From positions 8,951 to 72,950 of the forward strand of contig URUD01000003.1 of the NCBI GenBank assembly GCA_900550935.1: DNA of 64,000 nucleotides, read 5' to 3'. Positions within the stretch are counted from its first letter, which is position 1, and each line of letters starts with the position of its first letter. Under the pieces are notes generated by a model that was given only the letters and a program-made list of their open reading frames with translations, had not been told where the DNA came from and did not search any database. The translations under genes and the position numbers were made by a program. Below are positions 19,607-31,885 of this stretch, piece after piece. This stretch comes from an uncultured Roseburia sp. GTDB taxonomy: Bacteria; Bacillota; Clostridia; Lachnospirales; Lachnospiraceae.

Positions 19607-19648
19607 CACAAAAACAGGGCAGACCAAGTATTTCTACTCAGTCTGCCC
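19607..19648. repeat. Direct repeat copy B; intact - strand terminator
   Basis: On - strand CAGGGCAGACTGAGTA-GAAA-TACTTGGTCTGCCCTG followed by TTTTTG. Confidence 0.9.
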
Positions 19649-19660
19649 TGCAAAATAAAA

Positions 19661-19757
19661 AGCATAATTACTTTTGGATGGGCGGTGTATCCATCATCTC
19701 AGGTACTCCCTTCGGAGTGCGTTGGGAACCACTTCCGACCGCAAAAATAATTATGCT
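19661..19757 (-). ncRNA. Candidate stand-alone structured small RNA (~97 nt)
   Basis: Long closing stem AGCATAATTATTTTTG/CAAAAGTAATTATGCT; inner hairpins ACTCC-GAAG-GGAGT and GATGG..CCATC; promoter TAGACT-N17-TATAAT with extended TG (19787-19759); followed by a T tract. Confidence 0.7.
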
Positions 19758-19798
19758 TATTATATCATACTGCAAAACAACAGTCTACTCTCGCTTCC

Positions 19799-20731
19799 CT
19801 ATTTTCCCACAATCTCTGCCGTATCAATGAACTCATACGGTGTAGTTTGATACACATAATAATTCAGCCAGTTCGAATAGAGGATATTGCCATGTGACCG
19901 CCATTCCAGTTTCGGTTTTTGCGTATCATCATCATCCGGATAATAATTAACCGGAAGGTCGATTGGAAGTCCTTTTGATTTATCTCTTTTATATTCCTTG
20001 TCAAGTGTATAGCGATCGTACTCAGGATGTCCCATCACAAAGATACGTCTTCCCTCGTCTGCGATCGCCAGAAAAACACCTGCCACATCGGATTCTGCCA
20101 GGATCGTCAGGTCTTTTATGTTGCGGATCGTCTCAGCACTGACCTCGGTATGTCTGGAATGCGGTGCCATAAAAGAATCATCAAATCCACGCACCAGCGG
20201 CACTTTCCGGTTCATTACATGATGCTCGTACACGCCAAACATTTTCTTTGGAAGTAATGTTTTTTGAAGTCCATAATGATAATAAAGACCTGCCTGTGCG
20301 CCCCAGCAAAGGTGCATTGTGGATGTCACATGCGTCTTGGTCCATTCAAAAATATCACACATCTCGTTCCAGAAATCGACTTCCTCGTATTCCATCTGTT
20401 CCAGCGGTGCTCCTGTAATGATCAGACCATCAAAATAACGGTTTTTCACCTGCGCAAACGTCTCATAAAATTTGTTTAAATGGCTCATGGATGTATTTTT
20501 CGATTCATGGGTCGAAACGGTAATAAATGTAACCTCAACCTGTAATGGTGTATTCGACAGGGAACGCAAAAGCTGCAATTCTGTCTCTTCCTTTAACGGC
20601 ATCAGGTTTAAGATCCCGATCTGAATAACACGGATATCCTGATGCGATGCACGATTTTCATCCATAACAAATATATTTTCCTTTTCTAAGATTTCTTTTG
20701 CAGGCAAATCGCTCTGTGTTTTTATTGGCAT
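19799..20731 (-). CDS. metA: Homoserine O-succinyl/acetyltransferase
   Basis: [30 protein letters not shown]. Confidence 0.96.
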   Translation of the reverse strand: MPIKTQSDLPAKEILEKENIFVMDENRASHQDIRVIQIGILNLMPLKEETELQLLRSLSNTPLQVEVTFITVSTHESKNTSMSHLNKFYETFAQVKNRYFDGLIITGAPLEQMEYEEVDFWNEMCDIFEWTKTHVTSTMHLCWGAQAGLYYHYGLQKTLLPKKMFGVYEHHVMNRKVPLVRGFDDSFMAPHSRHTEVSAETIRNIKDLTILAESDVAGVFLAIADEGRRIFVMGHPEYDRYTLDKEYKRDKSKGLPIDLPVNYYPDDDDTQKPKLEWRSHGNILYSNWLNYYVYQTTPYEFIDTAEIVGK

Positions 20732-20757
20732 AACAATCCCTCTCTTTATAGTGCCTC

Positions 20758-23521
<2,764 letters not shown>

Positions 23522-23558
23522 GTATCCTGTTTCCTTTCGCGGTGTTCTTATTTAGAAC

Positions 23559-23591
23559 AAAGCGGAGACTTCACTACAAAGTCTCCGCTTT
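23559..23591. terminator. Intrinsic terminator-like hairpin
   Basis: AAAGCGGAGACTT-N7-AAGTCTCCGCTTT downstream of the SH3 gene. Confidence 0.75.
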
Positions 23592-23605
23592 TTTAATCTG
23601 TTTCT

Positions 23606-24925
23606 TTACTGTAACAATGAAGTCTTGATATATCCTGTCTTTCCATTCCAGGTAACTTTTGTCCAGCCTTCTGCATAGCTCATTACAACTGTTACCTTTT
23701 CTCCTGAAAATGCGGTACCAACCTTGCTTGCTGTCTCGCTCATATCAGAACGGATATTCGTTGACTCTGTCAGCGTGATGACCGTCCCCTCTGCCAGACT
23801 TCCAGTTGCTGTCTCACTCTGATTTGAACTTGTATCGGTCGTCGTATCTGCCTGTGGCTGTTCTGTTGTCAGGAACTCTGTCTTGATATATCCTGTCACA
23901 CCACCATAATTTACGACACTCCATTCTCCCTCTGTTCCGGTACGGCTGATCGCTGTACCTTTTTCCAGGCTGCCAAGTTTTTCTGAGGAAGTATCTGCCT
24001 CTCTTCTGACATTTACCTTGTCTGTGGTATATACCTGCTCAGAGGTGCTCTCTGCTTCCTGCTGCTCACTCTCCGGCTGCTGTGTTTCCTCTGGCTGTCC
24101 GGTTGTTTCTGCCGTCTCTGTCTCCTCCGGCTGCTCTGTTGTCTCTGTGCTCTCGGCTGCTGCCTGTGCAAGAATGTTCTGTTTCCACTGAACGATTGCT
24201 GCCGGAAGTTTGATATTTAAAATATCTGCCAGATCTGCATCGGATGCCAGTGCCTCATCATATTTGCTCTGCACTTCCTGCTGTAATGCGATCAGGTCGT
24301 CACTGTTTTCGTATTCTTCGATCAGGCTCTGCACGCTTGTATCCACAGCGTTCTCACGGATCCGTCTGTTGTACTGGCTGTAAAGATTGTCAATGATCAG
24401 TGAGCCGTCATCCTGTGTTCTCACATAGAAGAAATCAAGCCCCGGTGCAGGCGTATCTGCTCCGGTAAATTTAATATCGATCCGTGCGGAAACCATGTAC
24501 GATTTATCATCAAGACCATGCTTGGTATAGCACTGGATATTTTCGTAACTGTCTACATACTTGCTGTATTCTGCAATATAACTCTTTTCGTTATCTGTAA
24601 TCGGTGTTGCAATCGCTGCGATCGTATCTACATCTCCTGCTGCATATGCGGTAAAGTACTGATTGATCAGCGCATTTACATCCTCATATGTATCAACCTG
24701 AAACGCTTCCTGCGTCTCTGCTTCTGCTGTCGTCTCTGTTGCCGGATTTACCATATTTACCTGTGTGCCGTCTTTTTTTGTTCCACAATTTACCAGAACT
24801 AACACTAACACAAGAAATAAGGCACCCGCCGCAAAATATCTGATGTTTTGTTTTATAAAAGTCAAAATATTATTTAAACGTTCCGATTTATCTGTTCCCT
24901 TTGAAGAAGCCATATTATTCACCAT
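23606..24925 (-). CDS. Membrane-anchored protein with two C-terminal bacterial SH3 domains
   Basis: N-terminal TM; VNVRREADTSSEKLG..WSVVNY..GYIKTEFL and a second similar domain. Confidence 0.85.
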   Translation of the reverse strand: MVNNMASSKGTDKSERLNNILTFIKQNIRYFAAGALFLVLVLVLVNCGTKKDGTQVNMVNPATETTAEAETQEAFQVDTYEDVNALINQYFTAYAAGDVDTIAAIATPITDNEKSYIAEYSKYVDSYENIQCYTKHGLDDKSYMVSARIDIKFTGADTPAPGLDFFYVRTQDDGSLIIDNLYSQYNRRIRENAVDTSVQSLIEEYENSDDLIALQQEVQSKYDEALASDADLADILNIKLPAAIVQWKQNILAQAAAESTETTEQPEETETAETTGQPEETQQPESEQQEAESTSEQVYTTDKVNVRREADTSSEKLGSLEKGTAISRTGTEGEWSVVNYGGVTGYIKTEFLTTEQPQADTTTDTSSNQSETATGSLAEGTVITLTESTNIRSDMSETASKVGTAFSGEKVTVVMSYAEGWTKVTWNGKTGYIKTSLLQ

Positions 24926-24965
24926 ACCTTTCTATTACATCATCAAAAATTAAGAATAAAAAAAA

Positions 24966-25037
24966 TGCACCCGGCGGGAATCGAACCCGCATTGCCGGAG
25001 TCGGAGTCCGGTGTTCTATCCATTAGACTACGGTTGC
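24966..25037 (-). tRNA. tRNA-Arg(CCG)
   Basis: Cloverleaf GCAACCG...CGGGTGCA; anticodon arm CCGGA-CTCCGAC-TCCGG; GGTTCGATTCC T arm; CCA not encoded. Confidence 0.92.
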
Positions 25038-25168
25038 CTGCCATGTAAGAAAGTATGTGACTTATTTTTCATGCGTATTTAATCATAGCAGACCGATTTT
25101 TGATTGTCAAGATAAAAGTACAGCAGGCACCGTATCCATATTTTTACAGATACGATGCCTGCCCGCTC

Positions 25169-27004
25169 TTAAGCTACATCTTCGAACTGTGAGCGGTACA
25201 AACCGGCATAAAATCCGTTTGCCGCCAGTAATTCCCCGTGATTTCCCTGCTCTACGATATCGCCGTCTTTCATTACCAGGATCAGATCTGCATCCCGAAT
25301 GGTGGAAAGTCTGTGTGCAATGACAAAACTGGTTCTTCCACGCATCAGATTATCCATTGCGTTCTGAATAGCGATCTCGGTACGGGTATCAACAGATGAA
25401 GTTGCCTCATCTAAGATCAGGATCTTATTATCCGCAAGGATTGCTCTTGCGATTGTAAGAAGCTGTTTCTGTCCCTGTGATACATTACTTGCATCCTCGT
25501 TTAACTCCATCTGATATCCGCCCGGAAGTGTCCGGATAAAGTGGTCTGCACAGGCTGCCTTTGCTGCCGCAATGACTTCTTCATCGGTTGCATCAAGTCT
25601 TCCGTAACGGATGTTTTCCATGATCGTTCCTTTAAAGAGCCAGGTATCCTGAAGCACCATGCCAAATGCATCCCTTAACTCCCTGCGGTTAAAGTCTCTT
25701 ACATCATGACCATCAATACGAATTGCACCATGGTTGACATCATAAAAACGCATCAGAAGTTTTACCATTGTTGTCTTTCCTGCTCCGGTCGGACCAACGA
25801 TTGCGATTTTCTGTCCCTGTTTTACCTTAGCACTGAAATCTTTAATGATCAGCTGTTCCGGCTGATAGCCAAATGATACATGCTCAAATTCTACATTTCC
25901 AATGACAGAAGAAATGTCTGCTGCGTTTTCCGTTACCTGGTCTTCCTCTTCTTCCTCTAAAAACGCAAAGACACGCTCGGTTGCTGCTGCCATGGACTGT
26001 AACTGGTTTGTTACCTGCGCGATCTGCGTGATCGGCTGTGTGAAGTTCTTCACATACTGGATGAACGCCTGGATATCTCCGATCGTGATCACGCCATGGA
26101 TGGCAAGCAGTCCACCGGATAATGCCACTGCAGCATAGCCAAGATTTCCAACAAACATCATGATCGGCTGCATCATACCGGATAAGAATTGTGATTTCCA
26201 TGCGGATTCATATAAAATCTCATTTGTGCGGTCGAATTCCTCGATGGTCTCTTTCTCGCGGTTGAACACTTTCACAACCAGATGTCCACCATAAACCTCT
26301 TCCACCTGTCCATTGATATGTCCTAAGTATTCCTGCTGGGAACGGAAGAATTTCTGGGAATGTTTTACAACCGTTGAAATAAGCAGCATAGAAACCGGAA
26401 GGATCACGACTGCGATCAGTGTCATTAACGGTGAAATACTTAACATCATGATAAATACACCAATCAAGGTTGAAACCGAAGTGATCAGCATCGTCACACT
26501 CTGGTTTAATCCCATTCCAAGCGTATCGACATCATTGGTAATGCGGGATAACACCTCTCCGTATGTCCGGCTCTCAAAATATTTCATTGGCATCCGGTTT
26601 ATTTTTTCAGAAATCTCTTTTCTGAGACGATAGCAGATCTTCTGTGTGATCCCTGTCATGATCCAGCCCTGAATGAAGTTAAAGATTGCACTTCCCAGAT
26701 ACAATGCCAGAACAAACAGTAAGATCCTGCCAATCTTTGTAAAATCGATGGAGCCGGTTCCACCGATCTTTGCCATCAATCCATCGGACAATGCCGTGGT
26801 TGCCTTTCCAAGGATCTTAGGACCTGCCACATTAAATATAGTAGAACCCACCGCAAACAACATTACCACCACGATCGCAGCCTTATATTTTCCGATATAG
26901 GCAATGAGCTTTTTGATCGCAGTCTTAAAGTCTTTTGCTTTTTCTCCCTGCTGCATCCGATTTCCCATCGGACCTCTTGGTCTATGTTGTGTCTGATTAC
27001 TCAT
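25169..27004 (-). CDS. ABC exporter, fused permease/ATPase subunit
   Basis: GPTGAGKT, SQGQKQ, LDEATS; six-TM domain. Confidence 0.95.
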   Translation of the reverse strand: MSNQTQHRPRGPMGNRMQQGEKAKDFKTAIKKLIAYIGKYKAAIVVVMLFAVGSTIFNVAGPKILGKATTALSDGLMAKIGGTGSIDFTKIGRILLFVLALYLGSAIFNFIQGWIMTGITQKICYRLRKEISEKINRMPMKYFESRTYGEVLSRITNDVDTLGMGLNQSVTMLITSVSTLIGVFIMMLSISPLMTLIAVVILPVSMLLISTVVKHSQKFFRSQQEYLGHINGQVEEVYGGHLVVKVFNREKETIEEFDRTNEILYESAWKSQFLSGMMQPIMMFVGNLGYAAVALSGGLLAIHGVITIGDIQAFIQYVKNFTQPITQIAQVTNQLQSMAAATERVFAFLEEEEEDQVTENAADISSVIGNVEFEHVSFGYQPEQLIIKDFSAKVKQGQKIAIVGPTGAGKTTMVKLLMRFYDVNHGAIRIDGHDVRDFNRRELRDAFGMVLQDTWLFKGTIMENIRYGRLDATDEEVIAAAKAACADHFIRTLPGGYQMELNEDASNVSQGQKQLLTIARAILADNKILILDEATSSVDTRTEIAIQNAMDNLMRGRTSFVIAHRLSTIRDADLILVMKDGDIVEQGNHGELLAANGFYAGLYRSQFEDVA

Positions 27005-29198
27005 TGCAAGCCACCTCGCTTTCCAGTCCAAGTTCCTTTGCTGATAACTGTGATTTCGCGATCTGGCGGTAAGTGTCACAGTTATGGAGCAGTTCTTCGT
27101 GTGTTCCTTTTCCTACGATCTTTCCATCTTCCAGTACAATGATCTGTTCTGCATGAAGGATGGTGCTGATACGCTGTGCCACGATGATCACGGTACTGTC
27201 TTTTACTTTCTCTGCCAGTGCCTTTCTGAGTGCCGCATCTGTCTTTAGATCCAGTGCGGAGAAACTGTCATCAAACACATAGATCTTCGGCTGTTTTGCG
27301 ATCGCTCTTGCAATGGCAAGACGCTGTTTCTGTCCACCGGACACGTTGCTTCCGCCCTGTGCGATCGCGCTCTCATATTTATCATCCTTATTCTCAATAA
27401 ATTCTGCTGCCTGCGCAATCTCTGCTGCCTCTTTGACCTGCTCATCCGTTGCATCCCGTTTTCCAAACCGAAGGTTGGATGCAATGGTTCCGGAAAACAG
27501 CACACCTTTCTGCGGCACGAAACCGATCTCTTCCCTTAAATCTTCCATGGAGATCGTGCGAATATCCTGACCATCCAGTGTGATCGTTCCGCCCGTCACA
27601 TCATAAAGACGCGGGATCAGATTGACCAGTGTGGATTTTCCGCATCCGGTACTTCCGATGATTGCTGTTGTCTTACCCGGTTCTGCCACAAAATCAATGT
27701 GTTCTAAAACATCTGCCTCTGCACCCGGGTAACGGAAACTTACATCTGAGAATGTCACTACTCCGTTGTGTGCCTTTAAGGTTTCCGGCTGATCCAATTC
27801 TTTAACGCTGGATTCTGTACGAAGCACTTCATCGATTCGTTCTGCAGCTACTGCGGCACGCGGCAGCATGATGGACATCATGGTCAGCATCAAAAATGAC
27901 ATTACAATCATCATTGCATAAGTGATAAATGCGGTCATTGATCCGACCTGCATGGTTCCTGCATCGATCTTATGTGCTCCAACCCATACGATCACGACGG
28001 TAAGTACGTTCATGATCATCATCATACCCGGCATCATAAATGTCATAACGCGGTTGGTAAAAAGATTGGTTTTGGTCAGATCACGGTTTGCCTCATCGAA
28101 ACGTTCTTCCTCTTTTTGTTCCCGTCCGAATGCACGGATGACGGAAAGTCCGGTTAAGATCTCTCTGGAAACCAGATTGACACGGTCGACCATTTTCTGC
28201 ATCAGCTTGAATTTCGGCATGGAAACGGACACCAGAAGCATCACATAGCCTAAAATGACTAATACTGCAAGGATGATGACCCATCCCATTCCGGCTCCTG
28301 TCTGTATGACTTTGATGACACCGCCGATACCAAGGATTGGTGCGTATGCAACCATACGAAGCAGTAAAACGGAAACCATCTGGATCTGCTGAATATCATT
28401 TGTACTTCTTGTGATCAGGGATGCTGTTGAAAAATGATCCATCTCTGCATTGGAAAAGCCCACGACCTTTTTGAAAATATTGCCGCGTAAGTCTCTTCCG
28501 ATCCCGGCCGCAACTCTGGAAGCAAAAAATCCTACCAGAATGGTTGCAATCCCCATGATCAGTGCCATTCCGATCATCTTAAGTCCTGCAAAGAGCAGGT
28601 ATGACTGCTGAATATCATCCACAGAAACGCCTGCTTCCTTATCTCTTGCAACCGCATATGCGATTCCCATGGATTTTACGGTAGAAGATCCCATGGTGTC
28701 TAACATGGCATCTGCACTTTTCCTCATTGCCATGATCTGTTCTTCGCCCATTCCCTGAAGCATCTGTGCCACCGTAACATTTTCTAATGCAGAGGCATCT
28801 ACACCCATCTGTTCTGCTGCCGACTCTTTTAAAGTACTCTCATCCACGGATGATAACTGATAATTCAGTAAGATCGGCAGTAATAACGTTTCGTCTAATT
28901 CATCCAGTTCCTTTTCATCTGTTACAACGCACTCATAACGTCCGTCTTTTTCTTCGTAACTGTTTTCCCAGAGTTCTTTTTCATCCTCTGTCATAAAAAA
29001 CTCTGCCATCTGGAACTGTTCCGTCGTGATTGCTTCCGGCAGGATATGCTCTACACCGTTGTTTATGATCCCGACATCAATGATATCCGATGTGTATGCC
29101 GGTAAAGACAGATCACACCACGCCTGTATAACCAGAAGAACCAGTACGATCAGTACTGTTTTCCAGTATGGCACCATATTTTTAAAAATCTTGCTCAT
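26997..29198 (-). CDS. ABC exporter, fused permease/ATPase subunit (degenerate-site partner)
   Basis: GSTGCGKS, SGGQKQR, FDDS Walker B, AQR switch; typical of heterodimeric exporters. Confidence 0.95.
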   Translation of the reverse strand: MSKIFKNMVPYWKTVLIVLVLLVIQAWCDLSLPAYTSDIIDVGIINNGVEHILPEAITTEQFQMAEFFMTEDEKELWENSYEEKDGRYECVVTDEKELDELDETLLLPILLNYQLSSVDESTLKESAAEQMGVDASALENVTVAQMLQGMGEEQIMAMRKSADAMLDTMGSSTVKSMGIAYAVARDKEAGVSVDDIQQSYLLFAGLKMIGMALIMGIATILVGFFASRVAAGIGRDLRGNIFKKVVGFSNAEMDHFSTASLITRSTNDIQQIQMVSVLLLRMVAYAPILGIGGVIKVIQTGAGMGWVIILAVLVILGYVMLLVSVSMPKFKLMQKMVDRVNLVSREILTGLSVIRAFGREQKEEERFDEANRDLTKTNLFTNRVMTFMMPGMMMIMNVLTVVIVWVGAHKIDAGTMQVGSMTAFITYAMMIVMSFLMLTMMSIMLPRAAVAAERIDEVLRTESSVKELDQPETLKAHNGVVTFSDVSFRYPGAEADVLEHIDFVAEPGKTTAIIGSTGCGKSTLVNLIPRLYDVTGGTITLDGQDIRTISMEDLREEIGFVPQKGVLFSGTIASNLRFGKRDATDEQVKEAAEIAQAAEFIENKDDKYESAIAQGGSNVSGGQKQRLAIARAIAKQPKIYVFDDSFSALDLKTDAALRKALAEKVKDSTVIIVAQRISTILHAEQIIVLEDGKIVGKGTHEELLHNCDTYRQIAKSQLSAKELGLESEVACNE

Positions 29199-29206
29199 GT
29201 TTCCTC

Positions 29207-29710
29207 TCATTCTGCCGTATCTACGGCTTCTGTTCTAGTCTCGTCTTTTTCCTGTTTCGTCCGGATCTCGATCTCCTGTTTCGTCAGTTGATAGATGCGG
29301 TCCAGATAGGCTGCCAGCTGTTCGATGTCCTTTTTTTCCATCTTAGAAAACACAGCTTCAAACACTTCATTTACTTTCTTTTTGTTTTCCGCCACCGCCT
29401 GCCTGCCTTTGTCTGTCATCTCAACATAGGTATTTCTCCGGTCTTCCTTATCTATCGTCCGCACGATCAGTCCCTTTTCTTCCAGTTTCTTTAAGGTTCT
29501 TGAGATTGCGGACTGCTTCGCGTGCATACGTTCCGCAAGTTTTGATGTATTGATCTTTTTCTGTGCTTCTTCCTCCTTGTAAAAATGTGCGATCGTCATT
29601 AGTGTCATACAATCCATTTTTGTCATATCGGGAAACAGATCGCCGAGTTTCAGTTTATGAAACTGGGTCATTGCCATAAAAAATTTCCGATATGTCTCGT
29701 CCATTTTCAT
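29207..29710 (-). CDS. MarR family regulator
   Basis: SAISRTLKKLEEKGLIVR..EDRR; heads the ABC operon. Confidence 0.9.
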   Translation of the reverse strand: MKMDETYRKFFMAMTQFHKLKLGDLFPDMTKMDCMTLMTIAHFYKEEEAQKKINTSKLAERMHAKQSAISRTLKKLEEKGLIVRTIDKEDRRNTYVEMTDKGRQAVAENKKKVNEVFEAVFSKMEKKDIEQLAAYLDRIYQLTKQEIEIRTKQEKDETRTEAVDTAE

Positions 29711-29819
29711 CACCTCGTTAATATTTAACATTGTTATGTTTTTCTTCGTAAAAAAATAACATGAGAAAACCGCTCTGTCAATGCTGTTTTCCCATGTTTA
29801 TATTTATTTTAGTTTTTGT

Positions 29820-30590
29820 TTATTCTTTTTTCGGATTACTTTTATGGATCAGTTCTAACATCTCTGCCAGATCTTTTCGCTCAAACTGCCCCGGTGCACT
29901 CGCCTTTTTCCCTGCCCCAAAGGTCACACACGAACCAAACGTCTCTCCACAAAGCCTGCTGATGCTGCCAAGACCGCCCATCGACATTGTAATAAGAGGG
30001 ATTTCTTTATTGTCATGATGAAATTCTGCTGTAGCGGTTAAAAGATTTAGCACATCCATTTCATCCTGCGGCATCACTGCAAGTTTGACCACATCTGCGC
30101 CTCCCATGCTCATCTGCACCAGAAGCATTTTCATCACATCTATTGACGGTGTCTCATCAAAATCATGATGGGAAGCCACAACTTTAATGCCCTGTTTCTG
30201 TAAATGTCTGATCTTTGCCGCCGGTTTTTCTTCCTCAAAATATTCCATGTCGACCAGATCAACACAGCCGGATTCTGCCGCAAGATCATGCAGGTCATCC
30301 AACAGTTCCGCATCTACACTAGCCTCTCCTCCCTGCCGTTTTGTACGGAAGGTATAGAGAAATAATTTCTCTTTTAACACCGGTGCCACTGCTTCTAAGA
30401 CTTCTCTTACCGCATTACAGTCCGCAAACGAATCATAGGCATCCACTCGCCATTCGATCATATCGACTTCACTCTGGCTGAGTGCCACCACTTCTCTTAT
30501 GATATCTTCCTTTTTCGTTTCCATTACCGGAACACACAACAGAGGTTTTCCCTCTCCAAATACTCTCTTTTTTATCGTCAATTGCCCCAT
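29820..30590 (-). CDS. aroD: Type I 3-dehydroquinate dehydratase
   Basis: EWRVD, TFRTKRQGG, SHHDFDETP, KLAVMP, APGQ. Confidence 0.96.
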   Translation of the reverse strand: MGQLTIKKRVFGEGKPLLCVPVMETKKEDIIREVVALSQSEVDMIEWRVDAYDSFADCNAVREVLEAVAPVLKEKLFLYTFRTKRQGGEASVDAELLDDLHDLAAESGCVDLVDMEYFEEEKPAAKIRHLQKQGIKVVASHHDFDETPSIDVMKMLLVQMSMGGADVVKLAVMPQDEMDVLNLLTATAEFHHDNKEIPLITMSMGGLGSISRLCGETFGSCVTFGAGKKASAPGQFERKDLAEMLELIHKSNPKKE

Positions 30591-30756
30591 ATTTTCCTCA
30601 TTTCTGCGTTTTGCGCGCATTTTCCTCCCTGCGGAGTTTTTTTCATTATAAAGCAATTACTTTCATTATGCAAATATTTGACAACTTTTCCAATATCCAT
30701 TAAGATACTTGCAGACAATATTATGAAAACGCTTTTGCGTAGAAATGAGGACAAGC

Positions 30757-31785
30757 ATGAGTTTTACATTTTTAAATCAACTGCCTTCTCCGGAAGAAAT
30801 CAAACGTGACTTTCCTTTTCCAGAGAAGCTGCAGGCATTAAAAAAAGAACGTGACCGTATGATCTCTGACGTTATCACCGGAAAGGATGACCGTTTCCTT
30901 GTTATCATCGGACCATGTTCCGCAGATAACGAAGATTCTGTATGCGACTATGTCAGCCGCCTGACTCCAATCCAGGAAAAAGTTGCCGATAAACTGATCC
31001 TGATCCCACGAGTCTATACAAACAAACCACGTACCACCGGAGAGGGATACAAGGGGATCGCTTCCCAGCCGGACCCGGAAAAAGCACCTGATATGGTGGA
31101 AGGACTGATCGCCATGCGTAAAATGCACATCCGTGCCGTGGCAGAAAGCGGTTTAACCTGTGCCGATGAGATGCTTTATCCGGAAAACTGGGGCTATGTA
31201 GAAGATCTGCTCTCCTACGTTGCGATCGGTGCACGCTCCGTGGAAGATCAGCAGCATCGTCTGACCGTCAGCGGTTTTGATGTTGCTTCCGGCATGAAAA
31301 ACCCGACCAGTGGAGATTTCTCCGTTATGTTAAATTCCGTTTATGCTGCACAGCATCCACATCACTTCGTTTACCGCGGTTACGAAGTAGAGACCAGCGG
31401 CAACCCGCTCACCCATGTGGTATTGCGAGGTGCTGTCAGCAAACATGGGAATACCACCCAGAATTATCACTACGAAGATCTGATCCGTCTCTGTGAAATG
31501 TATGAAAAAATGGATCTGATCAATCCTGCTGCCGTTGTGGACGTAAACCACTCCAATTCCGGCAAGAAATTCAAAGAGCAGATCCGTATCGTAAAAGAAG
31601 TCATGCACAACCGTCAGGTTTCTTCTGACATTCACCGCATGGTAAAAGGTGTGATGATCGAAAGCTACATTGAAGAAGGTTCCCAGAAGATCGGCGACCA
31701 TATCTATGGGAAATCCATCACAGACCCGTGTCTTGGATGGGAAGATTCCAAAGCACTGATCGAAAGCATTGCAGAAATGTGTTAA
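30757..31785 (+). CDS. 3-deoxy-7-phosphoheptulonate (DAHP) synthase, class I
   Basis: IIGPCS, KPRT, IGARS, NHSNS, GVMIES, SITDPCLGW. Confidence 0.95.
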   Translation: MSFTFLNQLPSPEEIKRDFPFPEKLQALKKERDRMISDVITGKDDRFLVIIGPCSADNEDSVCDYVSRLTPIQEKVADKLILIPRVYTNKPRTTGEGYKGIASQPDPEKAPDMVEGLIAMRKMHIRAVAESGLTCADEMLYPENWGYVEDLLSYVAIGARSVEDQQHRLTVSGFDVASGMKNPTSGDFSVMLNSVYAAQHPHHFVYRGYEVETSGNPLTHVVLRGAVSKHGNTTQNYHYEDLIRLCEMYEKMDLINPAAVVDVNHSNSGKKFKEQIRIVKEVMHNRQVSSDIHRMVKGVMIESYIEEGSQKIGDHIYGKSITDPCLGWEDSKALIESIAEMC

Positions 31786-31786
31786 A

Positions 31787-31817
31787 AAAAGAATGTACGC
31801 CTCGCGTACATTCTTTT
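31787..31817. terminator. Bidirectional terminator
   Basis: AAAAGAATGTACGC-CTC-GCGTACATTCTTTT between convergent genes. Confidence 0.85.
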
Positions 31818-31821
31818 AAAA

Positions 31822-31885
31822 GCTCATCCTCTCGGGTGATCAAAAGGCTCATCCTCTCGGGTGATCAAAAGGCTCATCCTCTCGG
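31822..31885. repeat. 25-bp tandem repeat (~2.5 copies) at xerD 3' end
   Basis: GCTCATCCTCTCGGGTGATCAAAAG at 31822 and 31847, partial copy at 31872. Confidence 0.9.

Noticed and set aside
24966..25037. tRNA as an island attachment site
   Set aside because: I saw no duplicate of its 3' end in the window and the flanks are ordinary genes
31822..31885. Possible CRISPR array
   Set aside because: Repeats are directly adjacent with no unique spacers, and no cas genes are present
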